Source of the DNA: Lama guanicoe
Taxonomy: Eukaryota
DNA: 20,000 nt
Direction: 5' to 3'
Assembly (NCBI GenBank): GCA_013239625.1
Contig: MU053094.1
Coordinates: forward strand, 51,709 to 71,708
Shown here: positions 1-10,200 of the stretch, piece after piece
Numbering within the stretch: the first letter of the stretch is position 1
Layout: each line of letters starts with the position of its first letter
Notes under the pieces: model-generated
What the model was told of the DNA's origin: nothing
The model's input: the letters and a program-made list of their open reading frames with translations, nothing else
Database searches by the model: none
Translations under genes and position numbers: made by a program

Positions 1-3000
1 GGGGATACATAATCCATGCAACTTTATGGGGACACAGATGTTCCCAGGGAGGAAAGTATATTACACACCTCCAAAGCCCATAGAGAGGCACTCGCTGTTA
101 CTTGGATTTAGAGCCCAACCCCCCCCTTCGCTCCCAGCCCGTACTTGGAAAACACTCAGGGAAGTCACCTAAGGGATCCTATTAGATCCAAGTTGATGCT
201 GTCAGTACGAGGTGCCTCCTCACACTCAGGATACCAGAACACTCCTTCATGGGTGTGCTGGAGGTGGAAAAAATGAGTCCACGCATTTTTCAAGGAACTC
301 ATGTATTCCCAGGTTGTGGGTTTTTGGTTAATAACCTCCACTTCCCATGGAGAAGCAGTCGCCAATATTTGCTTTTAGAACCCAACCCCCACTTTCCCCC
401 GCACTCCGTATAAGGGAACTAAACAGGGAAGACAAGTTAAGCGATATTATTAGAACCAAGGACCTGCTGTCTGTTGAAGGAGGCTGGCCACACTCAGGAT
501 AGAAGAACACTTCCTCGTTTGTGTGCAGGAGGTGGGGAAACAGAGTCCAGGCTTCTTTCAGGTGGCACAGTTATTTCCAGGTTGTGGGTTGTAGGTTAAA
601 CATCTTCACTTCCCATGGAGAGGCACACGCTGATACTTGGTTTTAGAACCCAAATCCAACTTTCAACCACACTCTGGCCTACGCAAATCATCAGGGAAGA
701 CAAGGAAAAGGATGGTATTAAAACCAAGTCACTGATGTCGCTTGGAGGAACTACCCCATACTCAGGATTCTGGAACACATCCTTGTGTGGAGGGGTGGTG
801 TGGAGCCCCAAACCACGCAGATGAATGGGAGCTTAGGTGTGTCCATTTCGGGGGAATTCCTCTAAGAACTTCCTCAGTCCATCAGGGGGTATTCGCTGCT
901 TATTGGCTTCCAAGCCCAACCCCCAGTTTTCCATCATGGTCCGGCCTAAGGAAACAATAATGGAACTCAAGCTAAGGGATTCTAATAGAACCCAGGTGCT
1001 TCTGTCATTTGGAGTAGCCTCCCCATGCTCAGGATTCCAGAATACTTCTTCGTGTGTGTGCTGTCGGTGGAGAAACAGAGTCCATGCTTATTTCAGGGTC
1101 ACAGGTATTCCCTTGTTGGGGTTGTTGGTTAAACACTTTCACTTCCCATGGAGAGGCATTCAGTTATACTTGGATTAAGAGCCCAAATCCCACTTTGAAC
1201 CGCACTCCGACTTATGCAATCCATCAACCATGGAAAGGCACTCGCTATTACTTGGCTTTAGAGCCCAACCTCCACCTTCGCTCCCAGCCCATACTTGGAA
1301 AACACTCAGGGAAGTCAACCTAAGGGATCCTGTTAGATCCCAGATGCTGCTGTCAGTTGGAGGTGCCTCCCCACACTCAGGATACAAGAACACTCCTCCA
1401 TGTGTGTGCTGGTGGTAGGCAGAGTCCACACATTTTTCAAGGAGCACAGGTATTCAGAGGTTGTGGGTTTTTGGTAAATAACATCCAGTTCCCTTGGAGA
1501 AGCACTCGCTAATACTTGGTTTTAGAACCCAACCCCCACTTTCCCCCGCACCCATATCAGGCAATCATACGGAAGACAAGTTAAGAGATTTTATTAGAAC
1601 CCAGTCCCTGCTGTCAGTTTGAGGAGGCTGCCCGCTCTCAGGATAACTGTGCAAGTGATCGTGTGTGTGCTGGATGTCTGAAAACAGACTCCACTGATCT
1701 TTGTGGGGTCACAGGTGTTCCAAGGTAAGGGATTTAAACACCTCCACTAACCATAGAGAGGTACTCGCAAATACTTGGTTTTGGAGCCCAAACAACTCTA
1801 TTGCCTGCACTCCAGCCTTTGCATACCATCAGGGAAGACAAGCAAAGGGATTTAATTAGAACCAAGACGCTGCATTCAGTTGGAGGAACTTCCCTACACT
1901 CAGGATTCTGGAACACATTCTTGTGTGTGGGGGAGTTGTGCAGCCCCATTCCACCCAGATCAATGGAGGCAAACATGTTCCCTTTATGGACAAGACCTCT
2001 AAGTAGTTCCTCAATCGATCAGGGGGCACTCACTGCTTCTTTGCCTCCAAGCCCAACCCCCAGATTTCCCTCATATCCCAGACCAGGGAAACACTCGTAT
2101 TACAAGCTGAGGGATTCTATTAGAACCCAGGCACTGCTGTCATTTTGAGAAGCCCTCACACACTAAGGATATCTGAAAGTCTTCGTGTGTAATCTGGAGT
2201 TGGGAAAGACATTCCACGCAAATTTATGGGGGCACAGGTGTTCCAAAAATGGGGATTTGGTTTAAACACCTCCACTGCCCATAGAGGGGCCCTCGCTATT
2301 CCTTGTCTTTAGAGCCCAACCCCCACATTCACTCACAGCCCGGCCTAGGTAAACACTCAAAGAAGTCAAGCTAATGGATTCTGTTATACCCCAGGTGCTC
2401 CTGTCATTTCCAGGAAACTCCCCACCTTCAGGATAGAAGAAAATTCCTCATTTGTGTGCTTGAGTTGGGGAAGCAGGGTCCAGGCATCTTACAGGTCGCA
2501 CATTTATTCCCACGTTGCTGGTTTTAGGTAAAATTTCCCCACTTCCCATGTAGACGCATTGGCTAATACTTGGTATTAGAGCCGAAACCCCACATTCCCC
2601 TGCACTCCAGCCTATGCAAACCATCAGGGAAGGCAAGTTAAGGGATTCATGTAGATCACAAGCACTGCAGTCACTAGGAGGAACTTCCCAACACTCAGGA
2701 CTCAAGAGACACTCTTGTGTGTGGGGATGTGTGCAGCCCCAAATCACGAAGATGAATGGTGATACAAGTGTTCCCCTGTAGGGGAGTTCCCTAAGTACTT
2801 CCTCAGTCAATCGTTTGGCACAAGCTGCTACTTGGTCTCCAAGCCCAACCCCCAGCTTTCGCTAGCAGCCCGGCCTAGGATTACACTTAAGTAATGCAAG
2901 GTGAGTTATTCTATTAGAAAGCAAGCGCTGCTGTCAGTTGGAGGAACTTCCACACACTCAGGATTACGGATCCCAGCCTTGTGTGTGTGGGAGTTGTGGA

Positions 3001-3167
3001 GACCCAGTCCATGCTGTTGAATGGGATCACAGGTGTTCCACTTTAGGTGAAATCCTCTAAGTACTTCCTCAGTAAATCAGGGGGCACTCGTTGCTACTTG
3101 GACTTCAAACCCAACCCCCACTTTCCCCCACTCTCCACCCTAGGCATGCCATCAGGTAAGACAAGCT
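1..3167. repeat. Tandem satellite array, ~265 bp monomer (left segment, ~12 monomers)
   Basis: The anchor motif (aagggattct)ATTAGAACCCAGG(tgctgctgtcagttggagga) recurs at 181, 449, 717, 984, 1332, 1593, 1855, 2119, 2383, 2650 and 2913. Spacing is 261-268 bp except one 348 bp interval. Other motifs recur in every unit: cacactcagga, gtgtgtg, cacaggtgttcc, tacttgg, agcccaacccc. Confidence 0.97.
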
Positions 3168-3722
3168 NNNNNNNNNNNNNNNNNNNNNNNNNNNNNNNNN
3201 NNNNNNNNNNNNNNNNNNNNNNNNNNNNNNNNNNNNNNNNNNNNNNNNNNNNNNNNNNNNNNNNNNNNNNNNNNNNNNNNNNNNNNNNNNNNNNNNNNNN
3301 NNNNNNNNNNNNNNNNNNNNNNNNNNNNNNNNNNNNNNNNNNNNNNNNNNNNNNNNNNNNNNNNNNNNNNNNNNNNNNNNNNNNNNNNNNNNNNNNNNNN
3401 NNNNNNNNNNNNNNNNNNNNNNNNNNNNNNNNNNNNNNNNNNNNNNNNNNNNNNNNNNNNNNNNNNNNNNNNNNNNNNNNNNNNNNNNNNNNNNNNNNNN
3501 NNNNNNNNNNNNNNNNNNNNNNNNNNNNNNNNNNNNNNNNNNNNNNNNNNNNNNNNNNNNNNNNNNNNNNNNNNNNNNNNNNNNNNNNNNNNNNNNNNNN
3601 NNNNNNNNNNNNNNNNNNNNNNNNNNNNNNNNNNNNNNNNNNNNNNNNNNNNNNNNNNNNNNNNNNNNNNNNNNNNNNNNNNNNNNNNNNNNNNNNNNNN
3701 NNNNNNNNNNNNNNNNNNNNNN
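3168..3722. other. Assembly gap (555 N)
   Basis: Run of N characters. Confidence 1.
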
Positions 3723-3727
3723 ACGAG

Positions 3728-3733
3728 TTTATT
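3728..3733 (-). terminator. LTR polyadenylation signal (AATAAA)
   Basis: AATAAA lies 12 nt downstream of TATAAA on the minus strand, the tight TATA-polyA arrangement typical of short-R betaretroviral LTRs. Confidence 0.6.
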
Positions 3734-3745
3734 TCTTGCAGTCAA

Positions 3746-3751
3746 TTTATA
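3746..3751 (-). promoter_or_regulatory. LTR TATA box (TATAAA)
   Basis: The minus strand reads CATATAAATTGACTGCAAGAAATAAACTCGT, about 525 nt from the LTR 5' end, where the end of U3 is expected. Confidence 0.65.
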
Positions 3752-4134
3752 TGATTTTAACCCATTAGCTCATACATTCCTGCCTATAGGCAAAGGTATT
3801 GTTTTCAGGCATGTACTAAAACCATTAACTTGTATATTGTTACAGACATCATTATTGTTTACAGTTCTTGTAAAACTAAGATTAAGAGTTCCTGGAACAA
3901 AGATGATAAGCTAAGACATTGTTCCTCTAGGCTAACATCGTGACTGGTGTATGTTTAGCTCAGGTGATTGTTCTCTAAAAAGATTACTGATTTGTGTGCC
4001 GATTGTATCTCTCCCTCTGAAGGTCCTTTGTGACTTAGTAGCTCAAGGATATTTCCTCAGGCATTAGCGCACCTGGTGCATTCTTTAGTAAAAGGGGTGG
4101 CGGGACAGAGATTGTTCTGACTCAATTGACCTTT

Positions 4135-4253
4135 GAGCCGGGTGCCCCGCACTGTGGGAGTTTAGGCCCAACCTTTGTGCTCGGCAGCCTCAATCTCAGA
4201 GCCTGGCGCCCTGCACTTTGGGGTTTTACGCCCAAGTTTTGTGCTCGGCAGCC
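4135..4253 (-). repeat. Imperfect direct repeat (2 x 55 bp, 64 bp period) in LTR U3, candidate enhancer duplication
   Basis: 4135-4189 gagccgggtgccccgcactgtgggagtttaggcccaacctttgtgctcggcagcc versus 4199-4253 gagcctggcgccctgcactttggggttttacgcccaagttttgtgctcggcagcc: 46 of 55 positions identical. Confidence 0.9.
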
Positions 4254-4277
4254 CTCCGTCACGAGCGGCTCCCCGCA

Positions 4278-7200
4278 CACATGTATTCCCAGGTTGTGGG
4301 TTTTTGGTTAATAACCTCCACATCCCATGGAGAAGCAGTCGCTAATATTTGCTTTTTGAGCCCAACCCCCAATTTCCCCCGCACTCCGTATCAGGCAACC
4401 AAACAGGGAAGTCAAATTAAGCGATTTTATTAGAGCCCAGGCCCTGCTGTCTGTTGGAGGAGGCTGCCCACACTCAGAATAGAAGAACACTTCATCGTTT
4501 GTGTGCTGGAGGTGGGGAAACAGAGTCCAGGCATCTTTCAGGTGGCACTTGTATTCCCACGTTGCTGGTTGTAGGTAAAATTTCTTATATTCACATATAG
4601 ATGCTTTGGCTAATACTTGGTGTTAGAGCCGAAACCCCACATTCCCCTGCACTCGAGCCTAGGCAAACCATCAGGAAAGGCAATTTAAGGGATTCAAGTA
4701 GAACAAAAGCGCTGCTGAAATTTGGAGGAACTTCCCCACACTCAGGATTCCGGAACCCAACATTGTGTGGCAGGGAGATGTGGAGCCACAAACCAAGTAG
4801 TTGAATGGGGTCAAACTTGTTCCCATTGAGGGGGAAGTCTTTTAAATACTTCCACATTCCATCGGGGGGCAGTTGCTGCTATATGGCCTCCAATCCAAAC
4901 TCCCATCTTTCCCTATCAGCCCGGCCTAGGGAAACACTCAAGGAATACAAGCTAAGTGATTCTATTAGAACCCAGGCACTGCTGTCATTTGGAGGAGCCT
5001 CCGCACAATCAGGATACCTGAGCACATCTCCGTGTGTGTGCTGGAGGAGGGGAAACAGTGTCCAAACATCTTTATGGGGGCACAGGTGTTCCAAGGTTGG
5101 GGAAGTAGTTTAAAACCTTCCACTGCCCACAGAGATGCACTCGCAAATACCTGGCTTTACACCCAATCCCCCACTTTCGCTCACTGCAAGGCCTAGGAAA
5201 TCACATACGGAAGTCAAGCTAAGGGAATCTATTAGAACCCAGGTGCTGCTGTCAGTTGGAGGAACCTCCCCACACTCAGAACCCCAGAACATATCTTCGT
5301 TTGTGTACTGGATGTAGGGAAACAGAGTCAAAGCATCTTTCAGTGGGCACAGTTGTTCCATAGTTGTGGGTTGTAGGTTAAACACCCACATCCCATGGAT
5401 AGGCTCTCGCTAATACTTGTTTTAGAGCCCAATTCCAACCTTCCTTTCACACATCAGACATGGCAAGCAATCATGGAAGACAAGTTAAGGTATTATATTA
5501 GAACCCATGTGCTGCTGTTAGTTGGAGGAATCTCCCGACACTCAAGACATCTGAACCCGTTTTTGTGTGTGTGCTGGAAGAGGGAAACAGAGTCCACGCA
5601 TATTTATGGGAGCACAGGTGTTCCCAAGTTGCGGATATACTTCAACCACCTCCACTGCCTAAGGAGAGGAACTCGCTAATACTTGGTTTTAGAGCCCAAA
5701 TCCAACTTTCAACCACACTCTGGCCTACGCAAATCATCAGGGAAGACAAGAAAAGGGATTCTATTAAAACCAAGACTGATGTCACTTTGAGGAACTACTC
5801 CACCCTCAGGATTCTGGAACACAACCTTGTGTTGTGGGGTGGTGTGGAGCCCCAATCCACGCAGATGAATGGGAGCTCAGGTGTGTCCATTTCGGGGGAA
5901 TTCCTCTAAGAATTTCCTCTGTCCATCAGGGGGTACTCGCTGCTTCTTGGACTCCAAGCCCAACCCCCAGGTTTCCCTCATGGTCTGGCCTAAGGAAACA
6001 ATAATGGAACACAAGCTAATGGATTCTAATAGAACCCAGGTGTTTCTGTCATTTGGAGTAGCCTCCCCATGCTCAGGATACCAGAATACTTCTTCGTGTG
6101 TGTGCTGTTGGTGGAGAAACAGAGTCCACGCTTATTTCAGTGTCACAGGTATTCCCTTGTTGGCTTTGTTGGTTAAACACTTCCACTTCCCATGGAGAGG
6201 CATTCAGTTATACTTGGATTAAGAGACCAAATCCCACTTTCAACCACACTTCGGCTTATGCAATCCATCAGGGAATGAAGCTTAAGAATTCTACTAGAAC
6301 ATTGGCACTGATGTCAGTTGGAAGAACTTTCCACTCTCAGGATTCTGGAAGCCAGACTTGTGGAGGGGTGATTTGTGTAACCCCACTCCACGCAGCTGGA
6401 TGTGGGCACAGGTGTTCCCCTATAGGGAGAATTCATCTAAATACTTCCTCAGTCCATCGGGGGGCACTCGCTACTTTTTGCCCCAAAGCCCAACCCTCAT
6501 CTTTCCCTCAGAGCCAGGGCTAGGGAAACACTCAGGGATTACAAGCTAAGGGATTCTATTAGTACCCAAGCACTGCTGTCAGTTGAAAGTGCTGGCCCAC
6601 ACTCAGGATACCTGAACACGTCTTTGTGTGTCTGTTGGATGTGGGGAAACTGAGTCCATGCATCTTTATATGGGCACAGTTATTCCCAGGTAAATGATGT
6701 AGTTTAAACACCTTCACTGCCCATAGATAGGCATTGGCTATTACTTGGCTTTAGAGCCCAACCCAGATATTCGCTCAACCCGGCCTTAGGAAAACACTCA
6801 AGTAAGTCAAGCTAAGGAATTCTATTAGATCCCTAGTGCTGCTGTTAGTTGGAGGAGCCTCCCCACTCTCAGGAAACCAGAACACGTCTTCATAATTGTG
6901 CTGGCAGTGTCGAAACAGAGTCCACGCAATTTTATTGAGGCATAGGTATTTCTTGGATGGAGGATGTTGGTTAAACTCCTCCACATCCCATTGATAGGCA
7001 ATCGCTAATACTTCATTTTAGAGCCCAACCTCCAATTTCCCCCGCACTCCTGGCAGGTCATGCCATCACAGAATACAAGCTAAGGGATTATATCGAACCC
7101 AGGTGCTGTGTCACTTGAGGAACTTCACAAATCTCAGGACTCCAGAGACTCTCTTGTGTGTGGGGGAGGTGTGCAGTCCCAATCCACGCAGATGAATGGT

Positions 7201-10200
7201 GACACAAGTGTTCCCCTGTAGGGGAGTTCCCTAAGTACTTCCTCAGTCAATCGGTTGGCACAAGCTGCTACTTGGCCTCCAAGCCCAAACCCCAGCTTTC
7301 GCATGCAGCCTAGCCTAGGGTTACACTTAAGTAATGCAAGGTGAGATATTCTATTACAATGCAGGCACTGCTGTCAGTTGGAGGAACTTCCATACACTCA
7401 GGATTACCGATCCCTGCCTTGTGTGTGGGGGAGTTGTGGAGGCCAAGTCCACGCAGGTAAATGGGGGCACAGGTGTTCCAATTTAGTGTGAAATCCTCTA
7501 AGTACTTCTTCAGTAAATCGGGGGGCACTCGTTGCTACTTGGACTTCAAGGCCAACCCGCAATTTCCCCCACACTCCACCCTAGGCATGCCATCAGGGAA
7601 GACATGCTAAGGGATACAATAAGAACCCTGGCGCTGCTGTCATTTGGAGGAGACTCCCCACACTCAGGATACCTGTGCAAGTCTTTGTGTGTGTGCTGGT
7701 GTTGGGGATACATATTCCACGCAACTTTATGGGGGCATAGATTTTCCCAGGGAGGGAAATTATTTTACTTTCCTCCACAGCCCATTGAGAGGCACTCGCT
7801 ATTACTTGGCTTAGAGCCCAACCCCCCACTTCGTTCCCAGCCCGTTCTTGGAAAACACTCAGGGAAGTCACCTAAGGGATCCTATTAGATCCCAGTTGAT
7901 GCTGTCAGTTGGAGGTGCCTCCTCACACTCAGGATACAAGAACACTCCTTCATTTGTGTGCTGGAGGTGGGGAAAATGAGTCCATTCATTTTTCAAAGAA
8001 CTCATGTATTCCCAGGTTGTGGGTTTTTGGTTCATAACCTCCACTTCCCATGGAGAAGCAGTCATAAATATTTGCTTTTAGAGCCCAAACCCCACTTTCC
8101 CCCACACTCCGTATCAGGGAACCAAACAGGGAAGACAAGTTAAGTGATTTTATTAGAACCCAGGCACTGCTGACATTTGAAGGAGCCTCCACACTATCAG
8201 GATACCTGAGCACGTCTCCGTGTGTGTGCTGGAGGTGGGGAAACAGAGTCCTCTCATCTTTATGGGGGCACAGGTGTTCCAAGGTTGGGGAAGTTGTTTA
8301 AAACCTTCCACTGCCCACAGTGACGCACTCGCAAATACCTGGCTTTACACCGCATCCCCCACCTTCTCTCACTGCTAGGCCTAGGAAATCACATATGGAA
8401 GTCAAGCTAAGGGATTCTATTTGAACTCAAGTGCAGATGTCAGTTGGAGGAGACTCCCCACACTCAGGAAACCTGAACAAGTCTTTGTGTGTGTGCTGTT
8501 GTTGGGGATACATAGTCCACTTTTCTTTATGGGGGCACAGGTGTTCCCAAGAATGGAATGTACTTTTAACAACTCCACTACCCTTAGAGAGGCTCTCTCT
8601 ATTACTTGGCTTTAGAGCCCAACCCCACTTTCGCTCCCAGCCCATACATGGAAAGCATTCAGGGAAGTCAACCTAAGGGATCCTATTAGATCCAAGTTGC
8701 TGCTTTCAGTTGGAGTTGCCTCCCCACACTCAGGATGCCAGAACACTTCATCGTGTGTGTGCTGGAGGTGGGAAACAGAGTCCATGCATTTTCATGGAGC
8801 ACAGATATTCCCAGGTTGTTGGTTTTTGGTTCATAACCTCCACTTCCCATGGAGAAGCACTCACTAATGCTAGGTTTTAGAGCCCAACCCCCACCTTCCC
8901 CCGCACTCTGTATCAGGCAACCAAACAGGGAAGGCTCGTTAAGTGATTTTATTAGAACCCAGGTGCTGCTGTTAGTTAGATGAACCTCCCCACACTCAAA
9001 ACATCTGAACGCAATGTCGTGTGTGTCCTGGAGGAGGGAAACAGAGTCCACAAATATTTATGGGGGCACAGGTGTTCCCATGTTGGAGATATACATTAAC
9101 CACATCCACTGCCAAAAGATAGGAACTCACGAATACATGGTTTCAGAGCACAACCCCCAAGTTCGCTCATACCAGGCCAAGGAATATACACAGGGAATTA
9201 AACCTAATATATCCAAATAGATCCCAGGCGCTACTGTCAGTTGCAGGAGCCTCCCCACACTCAGGATACCAGAAAACTTCATGTGTGTGCTGGAGTTGGG
9301 GAAACAAAGCACACGCAATTTTCAGGGGGCACAGTTATTCCCAGGTTGTGGGTTGTAGGTTAAACATCTCCAATTCCCATGGAGAGGCACAAGCTGATAC
9401 TTGGTTTTAGAGCACATATCCCACTTTCAAACACACTCTGGCTTAGGCAAACCATCAGGGAAGACAAGCAAAGGGATTCTATTAAAACCAAGACCCTGAT
9501 ATCACTTGGAGGAACTACCCCACCCTCAGTATTCTCGAACTCAAACTTGTGTGGTGGGGAGGTGTGGAGCCCCACTCCACACAGATGAATGTGTGCTCAG
9601 GTGTTTCCCTTTAGGGAGAATTCCACTAAGAACTTCCTCAGTCTATTGGGGGGTACTCGCTGCTACTTGGCCTCCATGCCCAACCCCCAGCTTTCTCTCA
9701 TGGCCTGGCCTAAGGAAACACTCAGGGAAGAAAAGCTAAGGGATTCTAATAGAACCCAGTTGCTGCTGTCATTTGGAGTAGCCACACCATGCTCAGGATT
9801 CCTGAGAAATTTTTCCTCTGTGTGCTGTTTGTGGAGAAATTGTCCACGCATATTTCAGGGGTCACAGGTATTCCCTTGTTTGGGGTTGTTGGTTAAACAC
9901 TTCCACATTCCATGGAAAGGCTCTCAATAATACTGGGATTTAGAGCCCAAATCCCACTTTGATCCGCACTCCGGCTTATGCAATCCATCAGGGAAGAGAA
10001 GCTTAAGGATTCTTCTAGATCTCTGGCTCTGCTGTCAGTTGGAGGAACTTTCCCACTCTCAGAATACCGGAAGCCAGGCTGATGGGGGTGGGATTTGTGT
10101 ATCCCCACTCCACGAAGTTGGATGTAGGCACAGGTGTTTCCCTTTAGGGAGAATTCATCTATATACTTCCTCAGGCCATCGGGGGGCACTCGCTACTATT

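Larger units (their letters stand above)
3723..4277 (-). mobile_element. Endogenous retrovirus LTR, betaretrovirus-like (ERV2/ERVK class); U3 through the TATA/polyA region, 3' end hidden in the gap
   Basis: This is the only non-satellite sequence. On the minus strand it begins TGCGGGGAGCCGCTCGTGACGGAGGG, a canonical TG start resembling betaretroviral LTR 5' ends. It has a tandem direct repeat near the start of U3 and TATAAA followed 12 nt later by AATAAA at the gap-proximal end. Satellite resumes mid-monomer directly after it (4281 atgtattcccaggttgtggg matches 301 onward). The boundary could alternatively be 4279 (TGTG start). Confidence 0.8.

Noticed and set aside
3047..3754. Long ORFs of 197-235 aa
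   Set aside because: Artefacts of translating the N gap.
3969..4118. TGTTCT hormone-response half-sites in the LTR (3969, 4113), as in MMTV
   Set aside because: Half-sites only, with no correctly spaced palindrome; they could be chance matches.
4204..4221. TGGCGCCC resembling a tRNA-Lys primer-binding site
   Set aside because: Only 8 nt match, it lies inside the U3 direct repeat, and it is on the opposite strand to the LTR's TATA/polyA orientation.
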